Of a stretch of 64,000 nucleotides of DNA, positions 37,696-49,959 are shown piece by piece; the first letter of the stretch is position 1; every line of letters begins with the position of its first letter. Under the pieces are notes generated by a model, which saw nothing but the letters and a program-made list of their open reading frames with translations, made no database searches and was not told where the DNA came from. The stretch comes from Camelus dromedarius. Lineage: Eukaryota. The position numbers were made by a program, and so were the translations under genes. Location: NCBI RefSeq assembly GCF_036321535.1, contig NC_087436.1:91390001-91454000 (forward strand), in the 5' to 3' direction.

Positions 37696-39654
37696 GTTTG
37701 GATAAGTAGAGTCCCACTTCCAGATTATTCTCTTCCACTCTTGAAACTGCATATTAAGACAGTTGCTGTTGACCCTGGGTCACTCTGGACTTAGACCTCC
37801 ATTTAGCAAAGGATAAAGACACCATGCCTCAAAAAGGAACAAATGAGGACATGGGAATAGTTATACTGTGAGGGACTAGACCAGCAAGGATCGCAGTAAC
37901 AGTCTTCAAATATTGTAAGTGTTTTTTTCAGAAGCAGAAGGTAGAAACAATATCATAGAGTCAAACTACAGTATTATCCAAGAAAAAGCTCGGATTCAGT
38001 CAGATCAGGTATGCACACATTTGTGGTTGTTGTTTCCCTGAAATGATTCAGGCAGACACTAGAAGAACATCTTTCAAGAGGGCTTCTCATTTTGGTAGGA
38101 TTTTATTAGATAATATCTAGTGCTTCTCCCTTTTTGAATAATCTTAGTGTTTTCTTTTAGCGCTTTGTTTCTTCCAATCAGTCTCTCTGGTAAATAACGC
38201 AGGATTCCTATGGTAATACTTCAGACAACAACAAAGACAACACCACCTTACTGCTACTTACCAAGTAATCTAGACTTGTTTGACCCAAAGAAACCAACTG
38301 TGACCTCAATTCACTTTGGAAGATGTACTCTCTAAATCCAAAGCAAGAGTCCAAACAAAAACTATATACGTTGTGAATTTTTTTAAATTAATAAAAACGC
38401 TAGATAGATATTTTAATTTACTGATGAAAAATATCTGAAATATGCCCTATTTTCATGCAGAGTAGTTTTATATTATTGATAATATGTACTGTTCAATGAA
38501 TCTATCCTTTGTGCAGTCTTAAAACACTCCTAAAGTCTTGGTTAAAAAAATGTATCTAGATTTGGGAGGCAATGTTATACCCTGTTGATCTTGAAGCCCA
38601 TTCATAGATATACTCACTGCTAATAGATTTGGTCAGCATTTGCCAAGGAATTCTACAATGTGAACATTAGTGCTGAAAAGAGATATGGAGTGTCCAATTC
38701 CACAAAAGGTGAAATCATTGACTTGTGTAAGCTTTTTCCAGTTGGTACCTTCAGAACTGACTGAGCTAGCAAGAAACACAGAATGCATCTTACTGTATCT
38801 TCATACGATTGTGTGTACTGTCCTTGCAATAAGGTCAAAAATTAATTGAGCTCTATGGTCAAATTTTTATCAACATTATTTTAAAAATCAATTTAATTCC
38901 TAAAGAGTTACATTTCCACAGAGGTCCTAACTAATAATGTTTTACACTCTTAACAGTAGAAGGAAAATGGTATCTGTAGATAATAAATCCCAAAGTTACT
39001 TAACACTGTTTGCTGCCAATTTAATGTATTAACCATTGAGCAGATAACCATAAAAATATACTTTTTAAAAAACTGTCAGTGAATTAACTTCTATTCTGAA
39101 AAGAGCATGTGCGTTGTAACATGTCTCCAAAGACTACGGGTCTTTAAGCATGAATTAATGCGTCTAAAACAGGCTGTTAAAAAGTAAGTTACAATGATAA
39201 AGAAGGATGTAGCTTTTGAATCAGAGTTGGCAGGTTTTCTATTTTGAGGGGATAGAGATAAACATATTTCAGGAAGTGGAAGTTAAATAAATAAAATGAG
39301 AATGTCAAAGTATGATAGCTATCACGTAGGTATTAGAGCATACTTGGCAAAAAATTACTCTTTAGAGACAGAATGACCTCCTCACCCGGAACACTTTCTG
39401 TGACAGAATTAATATATTAACATATCTGAAGAGAGAGTATGTGTCTAGGAGAATTGCTGCTTGGGCATGGAGACGGGAAAAGAAGGTCCCAGTGGCAAGT
39501 GTTGCTGATGAGTGTGCAGACCTTTCCATGGGTTAGAGGGGCTGGGGTCCACAGAATGATCAGTCTGGGGCAGGAGTGCTTTTGTCTCAGGCCTGGAGTG
39601 AGCATGTTAGACTGTCTTGGATTCTTCTTTTCATCATAAGTACTAATGATCTTT

Positions 39655-41890
39655 AATTTTTATTTTTAATCAAGTAGTATGTCTACAAAGCCAGGTATCC
39701 ACCCAAAGCATTTTACAAGAAGCAGTAATCATTTCCCCATCTTCCTTTCAGCCAGTTTTCAGTAAATCCTCCCTCTGCACCCCACTTCATATGACTTTCT
39801 TAGCTGATTCTTTTGGCATTTACATCCGCATTAGTTTATATTGCCATTTCGTATTTACATCTTTGTATGTTACATGCTAACTTTCCTATTGAGAATGATA
39901 TTGATTTAGCTCTCTATACCCAGTCTTACCACAGGCATTTTGCCTCAGTTATCTTTAATGCAACTATATTATGATTTTGTTTGTATATCAGCATTCAGTT
40001 ATTATTTTGATAGGAAAACATTAACAGCTGAGCAATGTAATATACCAGCAAACTCCTCTTCAGCATTCATTCTGCAGGACAGTGACATCACTTCCATTCT
40101 TCTACATTTTTATTCCCGGAGGTTATTTATTTAATTTATTCATTTTTCACTCTTTCTCTTTTTAAATATTCACTCATTTTAATGAACCTACCACAACTGG
40201 CCTCCCAAATATGCCTCCTCTTAGTGCATTTTATCTTTTCCTTTAACATCACTCCTGGAATCGTCCCATCGTCATTTCCAATCTAGCTGTTGTCTGGGTC
40301 CACTGGGCAGCATTGTCCTGGCACTGGCAGCTCCATGTACCATCAGCCTGTTGAGTTCCTTCACGTCTCTTCTAGGGATCATTCCTCTCATGACAGAGTC
40401 CCCACATTTTTCTTTTTCTTGGTTTAATTCCTCGTTTAGCTGGAGCACATCTTCAAGTTGCTTTCTGAGAAGTGATTTAAGAAATGGTTTTTGAGACATT
40501 GATTGTCTGAAAAGATCTTATTTTACTATCAAACATCAGAGTTTGATGATGCCTAGAATTCTATGATGCAATCAGTTTTTCCCCAAAATTTGATGATGAT
40601 GCTCTGTTGTCTTCTAACTCCCAGGGTTGCTACTGAGAAATCTAAAGCCAATCTGATTTCTGAACATTGGGGTCCTTTTATTTACTTATTTATTTATCTG
40701 CTTTCTTCTTTTGAACCTGGAATTCTTAAATTCTAATAATTGCTTTGACGTGGGTCTTTCTCCATCCATTGCGCTGGGCACCAAGCATCTTTACATCTGG
40801 AAGCTAGTTCCTTTGATTCTGTAATATTTTGCCATATTATTTATTTGATAGTTTCTTTCTCTTTGTTCCTTCTATTTGAAAATCACTGTTATTTTAGTGT
40901 AGAATTTGTGCTAACCTAATCTTTTCTTTCCTACTTTGTCTTTTAATCTGTTTTCTAGAAGATGTCTTCAAATTCATCTTTTTATCATTGTAAAGGATTT
41001 TCATTTTACTATTTTTAATTTCTTAAATCTCTTTTGTTCTTTGCATGTTCTTCAGTCGTTGTCTGTACTTGTTTCAGAGTGGCAGTATCTTCTTTATTTT
41101 GTCCCTTAGGATATTAAAGAAAGACATTTGGAGTCTTCCTGTATCCTCAGCTCTCCCTGATTTTCTGACTTCCTTTTCACTGTTTTAGTCTCTTTCACAT
41201 CAAAGGATTTTTTGAAAAGTCTATTGATCTTTGGTTAAATGTTTCTATTTAAGGCTGTTACACTAAATCTTCTGAATCTTTGTATGTGCTTTTGGGGAAA
41301 GGACACTTGTTATCAGATAAGATTCATAGTAAGGTGATCTCAACCTTTTGGAGAGCCACATAACCTGGAGTTTGTTCTCTTGGGATCATTTTTTTTCTTG
41401 AAAATGAAATAATTTTGTCTGCTACCTGGGAAATATACATTTGGCTGCCAACAGTTTGGAAGTGGACTAAGGGAAGAGAGCTGGATGTGTCTGATTTTCA
41501 ATATGGTACCTTCTGCTCTTACCTGTGCCTGGTTTCCTCCACAGTCCAGTTCGTCTAGATTAACACCAAAAAGGGAATTCTGGAATCTAATACTTACTTA
41601 TATAGACTTCCAATCACTGCTCTTATTTTTATCCTCACTGCTGCTCCTACTTTCAGAATTATGATGTTCTTCCAATTCCTTAATCCTCTGGATTTCTAAA
41701 GGAGATCAGCTTGGTTTTGGTTTCTGCATTGCATAACTGAGTTTCTGCTTTATCAGGTTTGGCACATTAGTTATCATTTATCCATCTGCTTTACTTTTCT
41801 CACTTTTTTTCTCCTTGCCTTTGTAGGTTTTATCTTTCTAATTTAGTAGGATTTTAGGATGGAAAAGATGTAAATCAATCTTCAAAATCA
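39655..41890 (-). mobile_element. HAL1 (half-L1)-like element
   Basis: 'gctttctgagaag...ttttgagacattgattgtctgaaaagatctt...ctagaattcta...ttgtcttctaactcccagggttgctactgagaaatc'. Confidence 0.7.
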
Positions 41891-42597
41891 TGTAATAGAG
41901 GAAATTCTAAATAATTTTATTTCAAGAGTAACACAATTAATTCCACCTCCTCCCAAGATATGTATTTTTTTAGAAAAAATAGAAACTATTGCCAAGTCTC
42001 AGATTATACAACAAGAGTCAATGACATTGACTCTATTTGCCCTTGTAATGGTATAAAAGCAGGATTTGGACAGAGTCAACTGTTACCTTATGCAGTTATT
42101 CTATGGCTATCAATATTTAAAAAGCTGATTAAGGTTAAGAAACTATAATGATTTTTCTGAACACTCTCTATGTGAAAAGGAAACACATTCAATTAGAAAA
42201 TAAGAGCTCTTTGAGTTCCCATGAGGGTCTTTCTTAAGGCAGAAAAGAGGACACAAGCAGAAGTTGTCATTACTAATTAATTAACTTGTTATATTTGTAT
42301 ATCATTCTTATGAGCTTTTTATTTAAGCCTACACTTAAAAAACATGCATTCTTGGTATATCAATAAATCAGATTTTGAATATGCAAGGTTTAAGGACAGA
42401 CTGAGCTAGCATGATTTCAATGAGGTGAATGTGGTACTGAGTTAGAGAACAAGGCTCAGAAACAGCCAGAAAAGTGAAGATGGGAAACCAATATTTCAAA
42501 CCTAAAAATGGCTCAGCGAGTAAAGAGAAGCCATTGAAATGGAAACAATGAAGGTTGAAGTCAACACCTATTTCCACTATGGTTCCTGAAAGCCTGA

Positions 42598-42980
42598 TGT
42601 GTCGATTAGGAACCATATAGCAAAACAAAAAGCCAGAATGAAGGTTTTGAAAGAAACTAAAAGCCAGCCAGGGTTATTAGCGAGGCAAGTAGGGGTTAGT
42701 CGCCACCATCCTTAGGGAGGGGAGACATAGGGAAGAAGTGGCTATTGGACTGTAGGAACTGGGGCTGCCTGGCAGAAGCTGAAACTACTGGAGAGAAGAA
42801 TCTATCATTGTAGATTCCACTGGAACTGGAGAAAGAGAAAAACACTCCAGTTTTTCCTTTCCTCCTGCCCTCCAATATCGCACCAGTGCATCCCATTGAC
42901 CAACCCTAACTGGAAGCCAATTAGCAAGGGATCTTAGAAAATATAATTTTTAGGACCAGGGCAGGGGATGCAAGGAAGAG
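42598..42980 (-). mobile_element. ERVL-class LTR (LTR16/LTR33-like)
   Basis: 'cctcctgccctccaat...ccagtgcatcccattgaccaaccctaactggaagcca...caagggatcttagaaaat'. Confidence 0.65.
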
Positions 42981-42989
42981 CAAATGAAA

Positions 42990-45580
42990 TACAATCTGTC
43001 ATTCAAGGTCTAGATACTCTCTCCATAGATACCGTATTTATAAGCCAACAAATAAGCCCTGCTGTGGCAGAGGGCAGCCACATTAGCTTTCTGACTGGGT
43101 CTTTCTGAACACCCGAGTGAACAGCTTTCTCTGCAGTGAGAGCCTTAGTACATGTTCACGTGGGACAAAGTTATTCCCATAGTTTGGACTCATCCTTAAG
43201 CTATATATCTTTTTACAACTCCTTCAGAGCTTCTTACCCCAAGAACTCCAATCTTATTCCTCCCAAGTTCCAGAAAACCCAGAAAACCTGTTAGCAATTG
43301 ACCAGAAATTAGTGTATATTTATACTTCAGCATCTCTCTCCAGCATGTAAAGGAGACAGCAAGATATACTTCAGGAACTTCATCCTAGTGGGCAAAAATC
43401 AGCTTTAATCTGCCCTTTTCTACTCTGCTGATTTGCTACCGTTCCACATCTGGAATAGCAGCTGCAATCAGATACCCCACCTAATTAAGCTTACAATAAT
43501 TCAGTCATTCTCAAAACCCCATCTGTCTTTGAAAGTGGTCAAATCTGAGAGTTAAATGGGCTGTGATATAAATCATTTCTCTTGCATCTTTAGAGTCTTT
43601 GATGGTGGTACTTATTTCTTTGACTTTTCTAGTGATACAGTATTGCTTTTTATTCACTATTTTCTTAGGATGAACTAGAGTTGCTTGACTCCTCCTTCTG
43701 TAATAACTCTTACTCAGGATCCTGCCAACTGCTTGCATTATTTCTAGAAACCATGAACTCTGGAAGTAGGAAAGCCAAACACAAGTGTCCTACTGGGTGT
43801 ATAGTAAGGTGGATATAGGACAAAATTGTATTTCTCATTTGATCTTCAACAACACCTTTGTCTATTTGCCCAAGAGGTAGTATCCATTCAGAGTCAGTGC
43901 TCAATAGTAAATATGGCAGGAGAAGGCCAGGAAGTATCTTCTTAGCATTTGTTTGCGATTTTCACTATGGGATCTTTTCTCATGATCACCCGATATCCTC
44001 TTACTTCAAGGGTACTAGGTCTGTTAAGGGATTTAGTTCTGAAAATTCAGTGAGACGTTATGACTCTCCACTGAAATGACTCATTCTAGAATTCTGCCCA
44101 CCTCATTTGGAGATATTTTTCCCAGGTGTGTAAATCAAGTATGGCCCTAGTGCACACTCTATATTAATGCTGTGGTCAAAGAGCTTGCCATAAAGGTCAC
44201 TGGGGGTTAAGTGATAATGATAATTATGACATATGGCAGCCTGACATGGTTATTACTGAAAATCTGCCTGTGGTATTTATATCACTCTTTTGACTCACCT
44301 GCCTGATAACTTTCTGCCCATGGGAATCAGAGTCCATTTCAACCACAGCGTTGAAGCACCTCTAATCATCATTCTAGCCCAACAAAATCACACAAAGACT
44401 TTTAAAGCTACTGGTGCTCCAGAAAAAATGCATTTCTTAATACAATTAAGGCTGGCCTTGTCTTCTGGGAAATAGAAGATAGCTGAGTGGGTCATAACCG
44501 ACAAATCCACTCTGATAGGCTTCTTTCCAAATTCACTCTAACATTTCTCTAAGCATTTTGATCCTTTTTTCAAACCATACCAAGTTGTTTCTTTGGCATC
44601 TCAACTCAGTTTAGCTAGGGCAACTCTTTAGTAAAGATTTCAGTTACTCAACTGAGAAAGCCATTAGAGCCACATTCAAACTCTCAGTGTAAAACGATCT
44701 TGGAATCAGCAGTAAGTGCACTCATATTAAAATTGTATGTCACCTGACATATTCTCCCCTCTTTCTAGAGTCCTTAAATTAATTTCCTTTCTGATTACCC
44801 AAATTTTTGCCAAGATAAAATTGAAAAAGCTTAAAAATTTTTGGCATGCACCTCTTAGCTTCCCTGGACTGGTTTTCAACCGCGTAATCATTCAAGAATT
44901 GAGCTGTGATATGACTGTCATTATGGACCTGGATTTGTAACAGGGAGAGTAAGGATGGAGCCCAGAGAGAACTGGCTTCCTTTCATTTGGTGACATGCTC
45001 AGCTGCACACAGAAATACTGCGGAGGAAACAAGAGAAAGGACTATTTTGGCAGATTGGGTTTGTGGATACAGAATGTGCTGAATCCTCTGAATTCCTCTG
45101 TACAAATCTATCCCAATTCTGGTTTCCTCTTCCCCTAGCAGTACCATCGTCTTCCAATAATTGTCCCGAAACAACTGTGAATTCACTTGATGTCAAATTT
45201 TGTCAACTGTAGGATAAAACTGTGCTTTTAAATTTTGAGATATAATCATCCTTTAATATTGAAAGTATTGCTATTCTTTTAATATAATTACACTCTCAGG
45301 GCTTCCATCTGGACCTTGAGCCAAAATTATAGATATTTTGGAGATTTTACCTTCTCATTCTCTTCTCTTAAGATATTCAGTGCTGTAAAGGCAGCTACCT
45401 CACCCCACAGTCCTTGACTTCCTTATAGACTTCATATTTGGAAGCAGCAATGCAACCCTGAGAGCCTTGCCATCATTTTAGGGAGATAACTTAACTGTTT
45501 TATCATCACGCACCACGGAGTTTCAGATTCCCATACCTCACTAGTGGATTTTCACTTTGACACTTCAGCAAATTAAATAC
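42990..45580 (-). mobile_element. Decayed ERVL internal region: gag, protease, N-terminal RT, RNase H
   Basis: ORF 43511-43738 PKKIVNKKQYCI..EISTTIKDSKDA resembles ERVL RT start; AAIPDV near 43445-43465; ORF 43710-43904 STDSE..HLTIHPVG protease-like; RNase H-like 43090-43400; gag N-terminus-like KDCGV..REENEK 45340-45420; many stops and frameshifts. Confidence 0.85.
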
Positions 45581-45586
45581 AATCAC

Positions 45587-46022
45587 TCTAGTTGTTTGAA
45601 CAATATCCCCCAGAATTTCACATCCACCTGGCACCTCAGAATGTGGCCTTATTTGCAAATAGGGCATTTGCAGATGTAATTAGGTAATGATAGAGATGGA
45701 TCATACTAAATTAGAGTGAACTTGAGATCTAATGAGAGCATCCTTATAAAAGATAGAGAAGGACGCACAGAGACACAGACACCATGTGGTAATAGAGACA
45801 GGGGTTGGAGTAATGTTGCCACAAACCAAGAAATACAGGAGTCAGCAGAAACTGGGAGAAGCAAGGAAAGATTCTCCCCGAGAGCCTAAGGAGAGAGTGT
45901 GACTCTGCCAACGCCTTGATTTCAGCCTTCTGGTCTCTAGAACTGTGACAGAATAAAGTTGTGTTGTTTTAAGCCACCAGGTCTGTGGTAATTTGTTAGA
46001 GCAGCCCTCGGAATCCAACACA
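45587..46022 (+). mobile_element. Full-length MaLR solo LTR (MLT1C-like)
   Basis: 'cctcagaatgtggccttatttgcaaatagggcatttgcagatgtaatta', 'gtggtaatttgttagagcagcc'; perfect TSD ATCAC at 45582-45586 and 46023-46027. Confidence 0.92.
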
Positions 46023-46084
46023 ATCACAAATTACGCTTCTCTATTTGCCAGAGTTATGTGCACTACACTGACTTTATCTATTTC

Positions 46085-46703
46085 TGTACTAGTCGGGATT
46101 CTTAGTTGAAAGGAAAAACATGCAAAATCGCTGCTTTTTGATTTTTTAAAATAGCAGCGATTTATTCAGGATATGGAACACTAACAGAATCCTTGCAAAG
46201 GCTTCGGGATGAAGTTCAGAAAATGGATAGAAAGTGAGTGGCAGTCTAGTCAGTCAAAGAGACTCCAAATCAGGCCCCAGCCCTGCCACAGCCACTGGGC
46301 ACCAGCCTGGAGAGCTATCCCTCTGCAGCTGCTCTGAACCCTGCGCAACGCCACTGAGCCTGCTTCCTGGACACTGTACACACCTCCGCAACAGCCACAG
46401 TGAAGTCTCTCTTCTTGTTTCTTGGCATCATTAGATGCAAATTCAGAGTCCTAGGGGCCCTAAGAGACTAGCCTGGCCTAGGTCACTTTTCCATGGCCCA
46501 GTGTGCAAAAAGGCAAAACGAGCTGCTGAACTTGTAGGCTTCTGTCCTCAGCCATAGATGGACTTTCTCTCCCACCAGCTCTCATAAGTGTTGGTGGGCG
46601 GTGTGAGTTTTGACAGTCCCACAGAGGAGGTCATAGGTGGAAAGGCAAAATAAAAATAAAACAATACAAAACAACCAGAAACCCTCACAAATATGCATTG
46701 CAC
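46085..46703 (-). mobile_element. Old MaLR/ERVL LTR (MLT1K-M-like)
   Basis: Starts 'tgtactagtcgggattcttagttg'; 'tttattcaggatatgg...acagaatc'; 'cctaggtcac'; ends 'atatgcattgcaca'. Confidence 0.6.
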
Positions 46704-46838
46704 ATGATTATCTAAGGCCAGTTCCATTGACTTTTTAGAGAGAAATTCCTCCTAGATTCTGTCAAAATTTGACACAATAGTCTTAGTAAGAAGGTGGAGA
46801 AGTTGCATATTTTTCTAGTAGGAAAAAAGATGAGTGGT

Positions 46839-46990
46839 GGGAGGGTATAACTCAGCGGTAGAGCATTTGCTTAACATGCACGAGGTCCTGGGTTCAAACC
46901 CCAGTGTCTCCATTCAAAATAAGTAAGTAAATAAATAAATAAACCAAATTACCTCCCCCCTCAAAAAAACAATAGATTAATACTTAAAAA
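46839..46990 (+). mobile_element. tRNA-Ala-derived SINE (camelid Vic-1-like)
   Basis: Head 'gggagggtataactcagcggtagagcatttgcttaacatgcacgaggtcctgggttcaaaccccagtgtctcca' with A and B boxes; (TAAA)n and A tail; TSD aaaaaagatg(a/g variant)tggt at 46823-46838 / 46991-47006 (15/16). Confidence 0.9.
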
Positions 46991-47829
46991 AAAAAAGATG
47001 AATGGTAAATGCATAAATGGTTTTTGAATCTCACTAATAACAATTTATAAAACTCTTAGAGCAATAGTGTATTTGCCTTTCTTGTTTATCCCCAAGATCT
47101 TTGCCCATATTTAAGCATTATGGTATCTTTGACAGTGCCCTATTCAGAATTAAACTCAGGTAATTAACTGATGATTTCAATGAAAATGAAAATTTTTATT
47201 TACACACATAGAACAATATTAGGTACAATATTAATGGAACTCAGGCCTTGATATTATTACATAAGGAAACTAAGTGAATTTTAAAAATCTAATTTAAATG
47301 TCAATTCATGATATTATTTGAAAGGAAATTTATTTCACATTGATAGATCAAAAAAGAAAATGATAAAAATGTGCTTAATAAGTCACATGAGATGAAGGAA
47401 TATTGACTGACTGTGGCAATTTCTTATTGTGTAGGAAAGTCAGGTTCATTGCTGTCATTGGGAGTACCCAATTTAAACTAAAAATCAATTTTCATAGTTT
47501 ATGCTGTCACCACTATTGAAGTTTAAATACACATGACTGAATGGCTTGTCTTTATGCTCCTTATGGTATGTGTGAAAATAAGTGATCAGTGTGAGCATAC
47601 ACAGAATGTATCAAAGATTTAGGATTTGGAAGAAACGCACTATGATGTCATGTTACTTTACTCCATAACTCTGCTGCAGAATAAATTCTGGTAAACTTTA
47701 GAAAACAGTGGGGTTCTGGAAAGGTTTGGCAAACATTTTCAGCCTATGAGTGCATACAATCCAAAGTTAAAAGCTTCTTCTTATATTACCTTTATTTGAA
47801 ATGAATAGTATTTGTTCTAAAATTGCATT

Positions 47830-48457
47830 TGTGGCAGGTGTGGCAGACTGCTTAGCTCCTCCTTCATTCCATCAGCGTTCTAGGATGTCTTTCTAATGCA
47901 GATGCTGGAAAGCTAAAAATTACATTTTTCAATGTACTAACATTCTGTTTGCTAATTGATTCCAACCAGAAAGATCCATCCACTGGAGAGCTGGAAAACC
48001 CAAGTGAGAATGAAGACATCTGGCCTTTCAGCTGTTTTCTCCTGGGAGGTAAGGTCATGGAGCTGTGAATTTTTTCTGAGCAGTGTTCCAGTTCTCTTCT
48101 CGAGTCTCCTGGTGATAGATGCTGTTACCACTTTCCAGAATCCATGCACCAGTTTTGCATGTTGGGAGACGTCTGTGGTGGTGTTGGCTTCCTCATGTCT
48201 GGAATACAACCATGGTAGCAGTATCATCTTCATCTCAGTGGTTTGAGTGGTGAAGCTTTAGTTTTAATGGTAAGAGCTCCCACATCTGGCAAGTTCTCAG
48301 GGTTTGGAAATTATTCCTGAAGTCTCAGACTAAATAGCATTCCTCCAGCCCTTTTAATGATTTTATGGGCACTTATTTCCCTGTATGAAATCCCTTTCTA
48401 AATCAGTGCAGAGTGCTTTGGTGTATCTGATTTCCTGTCTAAAACATTAACTGATTA
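47830..48457 (+). mobile_element. ERVL-class solo LTR (LTR33/LTR41/LTR79-like)
   Basis: Starts 'tgtggcag'; 'gctggaaagctaaaaattacattt'; ends 'ttccctgtatgaaatccctttct...tttcctgtctaaaacattaactgat'. Confidence 0.6.
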
Positions 48458-49002
48458 AACAGTTAAAAATAATCTCACCAGACAATTTTATCTGTCTCCT
48501 AAAAGTGAATTATGGACTCCAACCAAGTGTAGGCATTTCAGTTTGAAGATGGGCACATCTTGGAGTGGTGACCAGTCAGATCGCCTCTCCCCGAAGCGTT
48601 TGGTTTTAACTGAACTGTAACTTCCTTATAGATAGATGCAAGACAAAGAAAGGATGCAGAACAGAATGAACTCTGCAAGTATCATTCAAGTAGTTAGCTG
48701 GGAGAATCATCCTTCTTTCTGCGACCCTGAACCCCTGTACCCCAAAGCCATGTTTATCTAATGTATTCATATCCCTTCATTCATTATACCATCACTTGAA
48801 ATCTGGGCAATAAGGAATTTAATATGTACCGATAGGATTGTTTAAAACTTCTAGAGACATGGAAATCAGAGAAGGAAAGAAATGTATTCATCAGTCTAGT
48901 TTTTGAGTTAGATTTCATTATATCCATCAGGAAATGCTTTATTTCTTTCTTCTGCTCCACTCAAAATAAGGGAACTGATACTTCTCAGAGATGACCAGAT
49001 GT

Positions 49003-49004
<2 letters not shown>

Positions 49005-49076
<72 letters not shown>
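49005..49076 (+). repeat. (TAA)24 perfect trinucleotide microsatellite
   Basis: 72 bp uninterrupted TAA. Confidence 0.98.
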
Positions 49077-49078
<2 letters not shown>

Positions 49079-49959
49079 TACATGGTGAGAGCTTTCCTGT
49101 ATACTTGTTTTTTGTTCATTTTTGTTCTTTTTTTATGGTGGTTTTAATTAGTGAATTACTTACTTAGCCAAAATATCTTCTCAGTAATCAGGAGTTCATA
49201 CTTTACAATTATGAGTAGGTCCTTCACAATAAATGGTGGCAAAGAAGTATTTGGAGCCATAAAAATGTGCCATTTAATGAAATGAAAATTCTAACTTGCT
49301 AGAGTGTTACACAAAATGACATGTTAATTGTAGGAAGTCCATTTGACTAGGAATAAATAAACACTGGTGGGAAATAAATCTCTGCTTCAGATTTCAAAGG
49401 CAGTTGTTTACAATATTGTACCTAAGGGTGAAAAACAAATGAGGTAAATGAATTTGTATATACAATCCATGATTTTCCAGCAGCGTTATAATTAAAACTA
49501 TAAAACATTGCCTTTAGCAAATAGCTATTGTGGGAATTCTTTCACACCAGTCTGTGCAAGGCTGCCCCATTTTGTTTGTCTAGATTTCCTCTGACAATGA
49601 TTGCAACTGTCTGCCGAGAGAAGGCAAAACATAATTTTTATATAGAATTGTTTATCAGAAAGACACATGCAATCAGGCTTAGCTCACCCTGATTAGCTTC
49701 TGAAAAATAGAGACACTTCAAAGATTCAAAACCAAAGTTTCCATCATAGACCAGAGAAAAAGTATGTCTGTGCTTGGAATGGAACCACTGAGGCGCTATG
49801 GCCACTGGTCCCTCATGTGACTGTGTTTATCTCATCTCTAGCTAAAATACAGACTGCAGTCACTTTCATTTCAACACTGATAGCCCACATCCAACTCTTG
49901 ATATGATACCGGGAGCCAACTTCCCAAAGCTCATGAGTGTACTTCCCGCCAGATCTGTG

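Larger units (their letters stand above)
36690..38115 (+). mobile_element. L3/CR1 LINE RT-region remnant (interrupted)
   Basis: 'ttcatcaatgattta...tttatcaaatctgtaagtgatgcagctttggcagggg...gatgacagaatcaaggttcag' resembles CR1 FINDL..IKFADDTKLGG..DRIKIQ; 3' part 'cagtcttcaaatatt', 'gattcaggcagacactaga'. Confidence 0.65.

Noticed and set aside
38750..42410. Shared peptide LAQSVLK in two minus-strand ORFs (gactgagctagc at ~38759 and ~42399)
   Set aside because: Only a 12-bp exact match with no extended homology; compatible with chance
46839..46912. Possible tRNA gene (Ala/Val)
   Set aside because: Has a SINE tail, polyA and TSD, with mismatched stems; it is a SINE head
47864..48246. Three overlapping ORFs in a GC-richer patch
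   Set aside because: Lies within an old ERVL-class LTR; no protein family recognisable
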